Shown piece after piece: positions 23,497 to 33,915 of a stretch of DNA of 64,000 nucleotides; the first letter of the stretch is position 1; each line of letters starts with the position of its first letter. The DNA is taken from NCBI GenBank assembly GCA_040218735.1, contig JAVJQW010000064.1:1-64000 (forward strand), in the 5' to 3' direction. The notes under the pieces were generated by a model. The model worked only from the letters and a program-made list of their open reading frames with translations, searched no databases and had not been told where the DNA came from. The stretch comes from Deltaproteobacteria bacterium. Its GTDB lineage: Bacteria; Myxococcota; Kuafuiibacteriia; Kuafuiibacteriales; Kuafuiibacteriaceae. Both the position numbers and the translations under genes were made by a program.

Positions 23497-23916
23497 CGCG
23501 CTCGACGCGAAACGTGGCGATTCGAGGGGGCGTCGTCGTGGACGCGAGACGATCGTTCGTCCGTGGCGGACGATCAGGGCATGACGTGGGCCGCGCCGCG
23601 TGCGCGCAGGTGACCGTCGGCGACGAGGATCAACAGATCCTCGTCGTCGGGTGCGAAGCGCGCGAGCCAACACCCGGCGTCGCCGCAGTCTAGCAGGACG
23701 ATCGTCGCGATGAGGTTCACGGGAGCGGGGTGGTGGACGGCGGACGCGAGCGCGTCCACGAGGGACGCGACCGCGTCGCTCCAGCGTTCGACTTCACAGT
23801 GTTCGGGTTCGAGCGTTCGGACGATCCCCACGCGCGCGAGGTGCGGCGCGACGCGGGGGGCGCCGGAGGCGGTCAGCGGGGGAGGGCGTGGTTCGCGGGC
23901 CGGCATCGACCCCGCG

Positions 23917-24942
23917 TCAGGGCGCGGGGGGCACGATGGTACCAGCCGGCGCCTTCTTGATGATCTTCGGCGTGCCCTCTTCGGGCGTCGCCGCCCACAG
24001 GTTGCCGGGCGTGCGTCCCGGCGGGTCGTCCATGAAGACGAGGCCATCGGCGCCCGTGACTCGCGCCGGGCTGGCGTCGGACATCTGCTGGATCATCTCG
24101 GAGCCGTCGGACTCGGCGGTGCCACCGTCGCCCGCCGTCTTGCACGTGAGCAGCACGATCTGCGCGCCCTTCGCGAGGTACGGCTTCAGCGCCGCCGCGA
24201 ACGTATCCGGGGCGACCTGGTTCTTGTAGAAGCCGACGAAACCCGCGCTCTGGAAGGGCTCGTTCTCGTCGCTGATCCGGAACACCGCCTGCGTGCCGTG
24301 CGCCGCGATGACGAGCACCTTCACGACGATGTCGGCCTTCGCCAGGCGCTCGAGCTCGCCGCGCAGGCTCGCGAGCCCGTTGATCCCGAACGCCTCGGTC
24401 CGCGCCGACAACGCGTGTCGCTCGGCGTACCTCTGGTTCCAGTCCGCTTTGTCGTTGTCCTGGTAGACGTACAGCGCGATTTCGGTCGCGTCCTCCTTGG
24501 GGAGCGCGGTCGGCGCGGCGAGCAGCGCGGGCGGCGCGCCGATCGTCGAACGCTTCGCGTCGTCGGAGTCGTAGCCGCTGAGCTGGTAGGCCGCTTCGAT
24601 CGCCGCGCGCAGCGCGTGCGTCGCCGGCACGTAGCCGTCCGCGAGGATGATGTAGCCGGGTGAGCCTTCGCGGACCTCGGCGATCGCGAACCGCAGCACG
24701 CGGCCGTTGTCCGTCCGGACGTAGACCCGCTGCGTGAGCGCGCAGTTGATGCCCTGCGGGACGAAGCGCTCCGAGGCGAGCTCGCGCGCGACTTGCTGGA
24801 CCAGACCCGGGTGGGCGATCCAGTCGAGCGTCGCCGGTCGACCTTCGTCGTAGGTCTCGAGCGCAAACGCCTCGCTGTGCTGGCGCATCTCTTCGAGGTC
24901 CCGCTTCTTGGCGGGCTCGGCTGGGTGGTTTTGATTCGACAT
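23917..24942 (-). CDS. Hypothetical protein with C-terminal DUF4347-like (caspase-fold) domain
   Basis: 341 aa from ATG 24942 (GGAG upstream); VLVIAAHG ... LKPYLAKGAQIVLLTCKTAG ... VTGAD gives a His-Gly/Cys dyad pattern. Confidence 0.7.
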   Translation of the reverse strand: MSNQNHPAEPAKKRDLEEMRQHSEAFALETYDEGRPATLDWIAHPGLVQQVARELASERFVPQGINCALTQRVYVRTDNGRVLRFAIAEVREGSPGYIILADGYVPATHALRAAIEAAYQLSGYDSDDAKRSTIGAPPALLAAPTALPKEDATEIALYVYQDNDKADWNQRYAERHALSARTEAFGINGLASLRGELERLAKADIVVKVLVIAAHGTQAVFRISDENEPFQSAGFVGFYKNQVAPDTFAAALKPYLAKGAQIVLLTCKTAGDGGTAESDGSEMIQQMSDASPARVTGADGLVFMDDPPGRTPGNLWAATPEEGTPKIIKKAPAGTIVPPAP

Positions 24943-25002
24943 GAGTTCTTTCTCCGCTGTTTCGCCACGCGGGGGGATTCGCCGCGCGATGCGGGGTCCG
25001 AG

Positions 25003-25018
25003 AGCAAGGGGCAGGCCA
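25003..25018 (-). promoter_or_regulatory. Sigma54 (-24/-12) promoter
   Basis: Minus strand TGGCCTGCCCCTTGCT = GG-N10-GC; about 60 bp upstream of ATG 24942. Confidence 0.7.
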
Positions 25019-25150
25019 CTCGACCCGCGGTGCGCGGGGCGGCGGAGGAACCCGCGCGTCGTCCGCAGGAGACGAAGCTGCGTCTCGGCGCTACGAACGC
25101 GAGGGACTGAAGGCTTGTCACCCGGCGTCGATGGCGCCAAGTGTCGGCCC

Positions 25151-26467
<1,317 letters not shown>

Positions 26468-26519
26468 GGCGCAACCCCCTCAGGTGACAACCGCGTGAAC
26501 CTTGCGCAACATCGGGCCT

Positions 26520-28496
26520 ATGCGTCGTTGGGCCTGGTGTCTGCTCCTGTGCGCCTGCGGGGGTGAAACGACCGAGGCGCCCGCGAAGGTCTGGGACTGC
26601 GTCGCGAGCGAAGCCGATCCCGCGTTCCTACAGCAGATCGGCTGCGACACCGACTTCGACGCGCTCGCGTCCGCGCCCCTCGACGCGACGATACCCGGCG
26701 CGCGCTCCACGAAGACCGTGCTCGACCGCGTGGACGGGGGCCTCTACTTCTCCAACAGCGCGCGTTACCCGATCCACTTCGACTTCGTCTCGGCGCACCT
26801 GAGCGGCGAGGGCCGGCCGATCGTGCCCATGCTCGCCGACTTCAACGCCACCGAATACAGCGCCCCGTCGCGCCGGTTCCTCCTGGGCGCGGTCACCTAC
26901 TACGCCGGCCCGGACGTCTACGTGTACGAGCTCGCGCCGTACGACGCGGCGTCGGCGGAGATGATCGTCGAGGCGTTCACGGCGATCGAAGCGTCCACGT
27001 ACTTCGGCGATCGACTCCGGTTCCTCGCGACGTCCGCGTCGATCGAGGCGACCGTCGCGCCCGTCGCAGAGCGGCTCCGGCTCATCACGATCGACGAGCT
27101 GTTCGCGGGCATCGACTACCAGCCGCTCAACCCGGCCGAGGCCTACGGCCGACTGCGGTTCATCACTTCAGAAGAGCTTCAGACTCAGTACGTATCGTTC
27201 CGCGACGTGGTGGTCCTCGACAACGTCCCCAACGACATCTCGGTGGTCAGCGGCATCGTCACGGAGCAGTTCCAGACGCCGCTCTCGCACATCAACGTGC
27301 TGTCCAAGAACCGCGGCACGCCCAACATGGCGCTGCGTGGCGCCTACGACGACGAGGCGCTCCGCGCGCTCGACGGCGCGTGGGTCCGCATCGAGGTCAC
27401 GCCGACCGCCTACACGATCGAAGCGGTGAGCGTAGACGTCGCCGACGCCTGGTGGGCGATGAACAAACCCGCCGCGGTGCAGGTGCCCGGCCTGGACGGC
27501 GACACCACCGGGCTCGTCGACATCGAAGACGTCACCGACCTGTCCGGGGACCTCTCGCTGTTCGACGCCGTGAAGGCCGCGACGCGCACGTTCGGCGGCA
27601 AGGCCGCGCACTTCTCCGCGATGACGAACATCGACGGCCTCCCGTACCCGCCCGGGTTCGCCGTGCCGGTCTCCTACTACCTCGACTTCATGGACACCCA
27701 CGGCTTCACGGCTCGCGTCGAAGCGCTGCTCGCCGACGACGACTTCAACGCGGACCCCGCGTTGCGCGACGCCGCGCTCGCTTCGGTGCGTGAAGACATG
27801 ATGGCGGCGCCGCTCGACGCGGGCTTCGAAGCCGCGCTCGTCGCGAAGCTCGAGGCCGAGTTCGCCGGCACACGCATGCGCTTCCGCTCCAGCACCAACG
27901 CCGAGGACCTCGACGGCTTCACAGGCGCGGGCCTCTACACGTCGAAGAGCGGCGACCCGAACGACCCGGAGCGCCCGGTGGCCGACGCCGTGCGCGAGGT
28001 TTGGGCGAGCGTCTGGCTGTTCCGCGCTTTCGAGGAGCGGAGCTACCGCAGCATCGATCACCTCTCCGTCGCGATGGCGCTGCTCGTGCACCGCTCGTTC
28101 CCGGACGAGGAGGCCAACGGCGTCGCGTTGACCAACAACCCGTTCGATCCGAGCGGCCTCGATCCGGCGTTCTACGTGAACGTGCAACGAGGCGACATCT
28201 CGGTCGTTCAGCCGCCGCCGGGTATCACGGCCGACGCGTTCCTCTATTACTTCGACCGCGCCGACCAACCGCAGACCTACGTGTCGCGGTCGAACATCAC
28301 CGTGGGCGGCGCGTCGGTGCTCACGCGCGCACAGACGTATCAGCTCGGCGAAGCGCTCGACCGCATCCGGAGCTTCTTCTTCTCCGCGTACGGGGAGGGT
28401 GAGGCGTGGTGGGCGATGGACGTCGAGTTCAAGTTCGACGGCGAGCCGGGCGAGGAGCCGGCGCTCTACGTGAAGCAGGCGAGGCCTTACCAATGA
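26520..28496 (+). CDS. Lipoprotein with phospho-His-like and PEP/pyruvate-binding (PPDK_N, ATP-grasp) domains
   Basis: Lipobox LLCA-C; PLSHINVLSKNRGTPN; FGGKAA, RFRSSTNAED..GFTGAGLY.S, DVEF, VKQARP. Confidence 0.85.
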   Translation: MRRWAWCLLLCACGGETTEAPAKVWDCVASEADPAFLQQIGCDTDFDALASAPLDATIPGARSTKTVLDRVDGGLYFSNSARYPIHFDFVSAHLSGEGRPIVPMLADFNATEYSAPSRRFLLGAVTYYAGPDVYVYELAPYDAASAEMIVEAFTAIEASTYFGDRLRFLATSASIEATVAPVAERLRLITIDELFAGIDYQPLNPAEAYGRLRFITSEELQTQYVSFRDVVVLDNVPNDISVVSGIVTEQFQTPLSHINVLSKNRGTPNMALRGAYDDEALRALDGAWVRIEVTPTAYTIEAVSVDVADAWWAMNKPAAVQVPGLDGDTTGLVDIEDVTDLSGDLSLFDAVKAATRTFGGKAAHFSAMTNIDGLPYPPGFAVPVSYYLDFMDTHGFTARVEALLADDDFNADPALRDAALASVREDMMAAPLDAGFEAALVAKLEAEFAGTRMRFRSSTNAEDLDGFTGAGLYTSKSGDPNDPERPVADAVREVWASVWLFRAFEERSYRSIDHLSVAMALLVHRSFPDEEANGVALTNNPFDPSGLDPAFYVNVQRGDISVVQPPPGITADAFLYYFDRADQPQTYVSRSNITVGGASVLTRAQTYQLGEALDRIRSFFFSAYGEGEAWWAMDVEFKFDGEPGEEPALYVKQARPYQ

Positions 28497-29416
28497 AGCG
28501 CTTCACGTGGGTGCTGCTGCTCGCGGCGTGTTCGAGCGGCGACGATGGCGATGACGCTGCACCGCGTGACGGCGGCGTCGCGACGGTCGGAGGTTACGCG
28601 ACGTGCGCGGACGACGCGCGGGTCGGGCAGATCGTGCTCGAGCTCCGCGCGCAGTTCACGTCGGTGCAGGGCGCGGTCACGAACGGGGTCCGGCCGATCG
28701 ACGTGCCTGTGGTCGATGTCGAGGACGGCGCGTGCATCCTCGTGTCGCCGCCGAGCCTGTTCTGCGACCCGGCGTGTGCGGGCGGGATGACCTGCGGCCC
28801 CGACAACACCTGTGTGCCGCTCCCCGAGAACCAGGACCTTGGCACAGTCACGATCGATGGGCTCACCGCGCCTGTGGAGATGACCGCGCGGGCGCCGGTG
28901 TTCTTCTACAACTTCCTCGGCGACCTGCCGCACCCGGCCTTCGCGCAGGGCGATTCGATCGCGATGAGCGCGTCGATGGGGCCGTCGATCGCGACGGTCG
29001 GGGTGGCGCCGCTGGAGGTGTCGACGTCGAGCCTCGCGGTGGAGCGCGACGTCGCGTCGACGCTACAGTGGTCCGCCGCAGCGGACGACGACGGCGTGCG
29101 GATGGAGCTCGAGCTTTCGATCGCGAACCACGGCGGGACGCCGGGCCGGATCCTCTGCACGATCGCCGACTCGGGTTCGTTCACGATCCCGGTCGCGCTG
29201 ACGAACGCGCTCCTCGACCGCGGCTTCTCGGGCTTCCCGAGCGTGACGCTCACCCGCCAGGGCGCGCAGACGGGCGCGACGAGCGACGGGTGCATGGAGC
29301 TCGTGGCGCGGTCCGAGGTCGTGGTCCCGATCGAGATCCCGGGGCTCACCTCCTGCTCGAACGACGACGATTGTCCGGGGTCCGAGACCTGCCAGCCGGA
29401 CCTGACGTGTGGATGA
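28493..29416 (+). CDS. Cys-rich hypothetical lipoprotein
   Basis: MKRFTWVLLLAA-C; Cys clusters CDPACAGGMTC and CSNDDDCPGSETC; ATGA overlap with the previous stop. Confidence 0.8.
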   Translation: MKRFTWVLLLAACSSGDDGDDAAPRDGGVATVGGYATCADDARVGQIVLELRAQFTSVQGAVTNGVRPIDVPVVDVEDGACILVSPPSLFCDPACAGGMTCGPDNTCVPLPENQDLGTVTIDGLTAPVEMTARAPVFFYNFLGDLPHPAFAQGDSIAMSASMGPSIATVGVAPLEVSTSSLAVERDVASTLQWSAAADDDGVRMELELSIANHGGTPGRILCTIADSGSFTIPVALTNALLDRGFSGFPSVTLTRQGAQTGATSDGCMELVARSEVVVPIEIPGLTSCSNDDDCPGSETCQPDLTCG

Positions 29417-29429
29417 AAGGTACTCCGTC

Positions 29430-30350
29430 ATGAAGCGACTCCTCCCCCTCTCGACTTTGGTCCTGGCCGCCTGCAGCGGGTCGACGACGAACGACCTCGA
29501 CGATCCGCATGACGCGGGCGCGCAGAACGTCACCGACGCCGTCGTGCTGGACGGCGCACCGCGCGACGCCGGTGGACCCGACCGCGACGCCGGACCCCGA
29601 GACGCCGGGCCGCGGGACGGTGGGCCGCGAGACGGCGGCACGGGTCCCCTCGCGGACTGGTGCCGGGGGCAGCCGGCGACGTTTTCGTTCTTCGTGACGA
29701 GCATGGAGGCGCTGTGGGCGCTCTCCGGCGATCCGATCGACGACTGGAACGGAGGCTTCGGCGGCGACTACGGCGGCATCGCGGGGGCCGACGATATCTG
29801 CCAGCAGATCGGCGCGGCTACCGGGAACGGCGACCGCACCTGGCGCGCGTTCCTCTCTGCGACCGACGACGGCAACGGCAACCCGGTCCACGCCATCGAG
29901 CGCATCGGGATGGGCCCGTGGTTCGACGCCAACGGCCTGATGGTCGCGAGCGGCATCCAGGGGTTGCTCGGCGACCGACCCGACGGGGACGCGCGCACCA
30001 TCGACGACCTCCCCAACGAGTGCGGCGTCCCGATCTCCGCGTTGGGTGACGCACACGACATCGTCACGGGATCGGACCAACAGGGGCGCCTCGCCGGTAC
30101 GAACCTTCAGAGGACGTGCAACGACTGGACGTCCTCGGACGGCAACGTGGGTTCCAACATGCGAAACGGCGTCATGATCGGCCACTCGTTCCCGCGCAGC
30201 GGACGCGGCGGTCGCAACTGGGTGAGCGACCACGCCACACGCGGGTGCGGCAAGGGCGCCAACCTCCTCCAGGACGGCCCCGGCAGCGGCACCTGTATCG
30301 GGTGCTCGGGCGGCTTCGGCGGTCTGTACTGCTTCGCGGTGGCGCCATGA
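29430..30350 (+). CDS. Lipoprotein with DUF1554/C-type-lectin-like (endostatin-like) domain
   Basis: LAA-C lipobox; FFVTS, GGIAGADDICQ, WRAFLS, IG.GPW, TCNDWTS, LYCFA. Confidence 0.8.
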   Translation: MKRLLPLSTLVLAACSGSTTNDLDDPHDAGAQNVTDAVVLDGAPRDAGGPDRDAGPRDAGPRDGGPRDGGTGPLADWCRGQPATFSFFVTSMEALWALSGDPIDDWNGGFGGDYGGIAGADDICQQIGAATGNGDRTWRAFLSATDDGNGNPVHAIERIGMGPWFDANGLMVASGIQGLLGDRPDGDARTIDDLPNECGVPISALGDAHDIVTGSDQQGRLAGTNLQRTCNDWTSSDGNVGSNMRNGVMIGHSFPRSGRGGRNWVSDHATRGCGKGANLLQDGPGSGTCIGCSGGFGGLYCFAVAP

Positions 30351-31003
30351 GGGCGGCGGTCGTGTTGGTGTTCCTCGGCTTGGTGGCGTGTGGCTCCGAG
30401 CCGCCGGTCGTCATCGACCCGGGTGACGGGGACCTGTACCCGCTCGCGGTCGGCAACCGGTGGACGTTCCGGGTGACGGACTCGAGCGGCGTGGTGTCGA
30501 CGAAGACCCAAGAGATCACGGGGACGACGATGACGTCCGACGGGAAGACGGCGTTCGTCACGCTCACTCGGCGCGCCGAGGACAAGGGCACGCGCTCCGT
30601 TCAGGGTTACGAGGACGAGCGCATGGTTCGGTACTCGGAGCAGACGCTCCAGGGCGACAGCGTGATCTTCGACTACCGGTTCGACCCACCGGGGCTGCGC
30701 ATTCACTCCGGCGAGCGCTCCGTCGGCGCGACGTACAGCGACACCCACGACAAGCTGAAGCTCGACGTGAACGGCGACGTCCTCGAGATCGAGCCGAAGG
30801 TCCACACGTTCACGGTCGAAGCGATCGAGACCATCCAGGTCCCGGCCGGCGACTTCGAGTGTGTGCGCATCTCGCGCGCGAGCGAGACGACCACGGACAA
30901 GATTTATTGGTACGCGCCCGGCGTCGGGAAGGTGAAGGAGATCGGTGGCCAGACGGAGGAGCTGGCGTCGGTCGACGTCGCCACCCCCTCCGCCGAGCAG
31001 TAG
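30347..31003 (+). CDS. Hypothetical lipoprotein (DUF3108/TapB-like beta fold)
   Basis: LVA-C lipobox; YPLAVGNRWTF, E.I.VPAGDFEC, WYAPGVGKVKE. Confidence 0.8.
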   Translation: MRAAVVLVFLGLVACGSEPPVVIDPGDGDLYPLAVGNRWTFRVTDSSGVVSTKTQEITGTTMTSDGKTAFVTLTRRAEDKGTRSVQGYEDERMVRYSEQTLQGDSVIFDYRFDPPGLRIHSGERSVGATYSDTHDKLKLDVNGDVLEIEPKVHTFTVEAIETIQVPAGDFECVRISRASETTTDKIYWYAPGVGKVKEIGGQTEELASVDVATPSAEQ

Positions 31004-31024
31004 CCGCGGGGGCCGAAGAGAGGC

Positions 31025-33742
31025 CTACGGCGCCATCACCTGGAGCTCGCGGACCGCGGCGGCGTCGATATCGCCAGGCGTGAATCGCACGGGGATCGGA
31101 TCGTTCACGAGCCAGCGCTCGAGCAGATCGTCGTAGTGCGGTGACGTCGGGAACGAGCTTTGGCCTCCCGGGAGCTCGATGGTGCAGGCCATCGCGGTCG
31201 GCGCTGCTTCGCAGGCCAGCCGCATCGACGGGCCGGAGCCGTGCGCGTAGTTGTCGCTGTTGCGTCCGCCGGGGTTGGCGACGTCGACGGTGTAGAGGCC
31301 GCCGTCGTTGCAGTACGGGCCGTTGTTGTAGCGGTTCGTCAGCGCGCTGATCAGGTCGTAGGTCAGCGTGACGGTGTGGACGCGGCCCCAGCGCCAGTCG
31401 TCGGCGCTGTTGCCGAGGTTGGCGTTGAGCCAGGTGCCGGCGTCGTTCATCGCGGCGACGATCACCGCGGTGCTCGTCTCCACCGTGTCGGTCGTCGACA
31501 CGTTGTCCCAGTACGACGCGCCGCGGAGGAGCTGGCTCGGCCCCGTGAGGAGTTTGATCGCGGCGGCGTCGCCCGCCGTGCGCGAGGTGCCGGCCGCCGA
31601 CAGCTCGTCGGAGAACGCGCCGCGGACGATGCGCGGGAACAACACGTGGAACGCGGCGCAGCCGATGGACTCACGCGCCACGATCGGGTCCGCGGCCTTG
31701 GGGCCGGTCGGATCCGAGCCGTCGATGCCGGTCGTGCAGGTGTACTGCCAGGCGGCGAGGGCGTCGCGGACGCGTCCTCCGGTGTCGGCGTCGAGCTGAC
31801 CCGAGCCGGCGTTCGCGGCGGCGAGGATCGTCGGGAGCGTGCGCTCCGCGAGGAGCGACTGCACGTCGGCCTGGATGTCCTGCATCGTGCCGCGGGTGTG
31901 CATCGTGGTCTCTTCGAGCCGCTCCGCGATGCGCTCGTGGCGGTACCCGGTCGCGACGTAGTGCTGGATGGCGTCCTGTCCGTCGTTGGTGGGGTCGCCG
32001 TCCGCGAGGTGCCCGGTCATGTCGTTGTTGGCCGTCGCGACGTAGCCGCTCGCGGGGTTGAGCGTCTGCGGGAGCTCGGCGTACGGGACGTAGCCGTTCC
32101 ACTCCGCGCTCCCGTCACCCGGGACGGGGAGCCACGACGGGATCTGCGCGCTGTTCCACGGGCGGTTCGGGACGCGGTTGTACGGGAACCAGCCGATGTT
32201 GCCGCCGCGGTCCGCGACGACCCAGTTCTGGCCGATCGTCGTCACGTTCTCGATCGCGGTGCGCGCCTCCTGGATGGTGGTGGCGGTGTAGAGGCCGTGC
32301 AGCACGTTGAGGTCGGTGTCCGCCTCCTGGCCCGTCCACTTGATCGTGATGGCGATGCCCATCGCGACGTCCTTCGACACCACGGGGCCGTGGTGTTCGA
32401 CGTACTCGAAGGGCTCCGTCACGGGCTGCCCGCCGAGCACGTTGAACGTGTGGTTCACGGTGGTGATCGGGACCTCCTTGCCGTCGAGGATGACGGCGTC
32501 GCCCGCGGTGTTCAGCGTCTCGACGTAGACGTCGGCCATGTCGAAGAACGTCGTGGTGGCGCCCCACGCGATGTCCTCGTTCTGGCCGAGGATGATGCCC
32601 GGGAGCCCGGCGAACGACGCACCCGCGACGTGGATGTTTCCGCCGGCCGCCTTGCTGTCGAGGCTGACGAGGTACCAGACCGACGGCTGCGACATCCCGA
32701 GGTGCGGGTCGTTGGCGAGCAACGCGTAGTCGCCCGCGGTGCGCGTGGCGTCGACGACCCAGTTGTTCGAGCCGCGCCCGTCGGAGGCGATCTGATCGCG
32801 TTCGATGAGGCGCGCGGCGCGTAGCGCGTCGCGCGCATGGTCGAGGCGTGCGCCGACGGACGCGAAGTGCTTCGCGAGGTTCGGGTTCGCGGTGCGCAGG
32901 TCACCGGTGAACGTCGCGACCTGCTCCGGGAGGATCACACTCGGGGATCCGGGCGCGAGGCCGAACGTGTCGATGAAGAGGTCGGCGGGGAGCACCGACG
33001 CGAGCTCACCGGCGCGGATCTCGCTGTCGGTCTGGTTGGTGAGCTGCTCGATGAGCGCGAGGATGCAGGCGATGCTGTCGATCTCCGTCCAGTCGGCGAC
33101 GGAGCTCGCGTAGGCCTCGTACTCCGGCGGGAGGACCGCGCCGTTGCGATCGTTCCTCAGGTCGTCGATCCACGCGTTGATGCCCGCGGTGTACGCGGTG
33201 ACCATCGCTTGGGACGCGGCGTCCGAGTTGTCCCAGATCTGCTGCGCGACGGAGCCGCCCGTGCGCGTGGAGATGAAGTGGCGCGTGGCGCGGTCGTTGT
33301 CGAGCGCGAGCGGCCCGAAGACCTCCGCGAGGCGACCCGCGGCGAAGCGCCGACGAATGTCCATCTGCGGGAACCGCTCGGACGCGTGGAAGTAACCCTC
33401 TGCGCGGAAGCAGTCGGCGTCCGTCTGACAACGGACGTGGAGCACACCGTACTCGTCGAACTTCACATCGACTGGCGCGGACAGACCGGGGATGCGGATG
33501 TCCGGCGGGCCGCCGTCGCGCACCTCGCCGCCGTCGCGGGGGCCGCCGTCGCGTTCGCCGCCCGCGTCGCGCGGACCACCGTCGCGCACGACTTCGCCGC
33601 CGTCGCGCTCGTCGTCGCCGCCGTCCTGGGTCACGCCCGCGTCGCGCGGCGTGCCGTCGTCGTCGCCCATGTCGTCGTCATCGCCGGAGCAGGCGGCGAG
33701 GCCGACGCAGAGTGCCAGTGTGAGGGTGTGGCTGAGCTTCAT
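31025..33742 (-). CDS. Penicillin acylase / AHL acylase family Ntn hydrolase, lipoprotein
   Basis: LAA-C; DEYGVLH, GSNNWVV (Ser nucleophile), LLANDPHL, ATANN, PGGQS...SPHYDD. Confidence 0.93.
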   Translation of the reverse strand: MKLSHTLTLALCVGLAACSGDDDDMGDDDGTPRDAGVTQDGGDDERDGGEVVRDGGPRDAGGERDGGPRDGGEVRDGGPPDIRIPGLSAPVDVKFDEYGVLHVRCQTDADCFRAEGYFHASERFPQMDIRRRFAAGRLAEVFGPLALDNDRATRHFISTRTGGSVAQQIWDNSDAASQAMVTAYTAGINAWIDDLRNDRNGAVLPPEYEAYASSVADWTEIDSIACILALIEQLTNQTDSEIRAGELASVLPADLFIDTFGLAPGSPSVILPEQVATFTGDLRTANPNLAKHFASVGARLDHARDALRAARLIERDQIASDGRGSNNWVVDATRTAGDYALLANDPHLGMSQPSVWYLVSLDSKAAGGNIHVAGASFAGLPGIILGQNEDIAWGATTTFFDMADVYVETLNTAGDAVILDGKEVPITTVNHTFNVLGGQPVTEPFEYVEHHGPVVSKDVAMGIAITIKWTGQEADTDLNVLHGLYTATTIQEARTAIENVTTIGQNWVVADRGGNIGWFPYNRVPNRPWNSAQIPSWLPVPGDGSAEWNGYVPYAELPQTLNPASGYVATANNDMTGHLADGDPTNDGQDAIQHYVATGYRHERIAERLEETTMHTRGTMQDIQADVQSLLAERTLPTILAAANAGSGQLDADTGGRVRDALAAWQYTCTTGIDGSDPTGPKAADPIVARESIGCAAFHVLFPRIVRGAFSDELSAAGTSRTAGDAAAIKLLTGPSQLLRGASYWDNVSTTDTVETSTAVIVAAMNDAGTWLNANLGNSADDWRWGRVHTVTLTYDLISALTNRYNNGPYCNDGGLYTVDVANPGGRNSDNYAHGSGPSMRLACEAAPTAMACTIELPGGQSSFPTSPHYDDLLERWLVNDPIPVRFTPGDIDAAAVRELQVMAP

Positions 33743-33915
33743 CGGCGCGCATGGTCGACCGCGAATGCGGGGCCGTCAACGTGCCGCCGCTCACCGCGAT
33801 CGCCGAGGCGGCCAAATGCCCACCCCAAGAATCGAAATCTCCCTTCGATCTCCTCGTCTCCCGCCTCCCCGTTTTCTGAGGGGTTCACAGGGAGCCGGTG
33901 AGTTCTGGGAGTTCT

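Noticed and set aside
23574-24047. 157-aa minus-strand ORF between the caspase-like gene and the sigma54 promoter
   Set aside because: The 5' half overlaps another gene and is Arg/Pro-rich; the 3' half could be a short real gene or remnant but lacks a clear start/RBS, so it was not called
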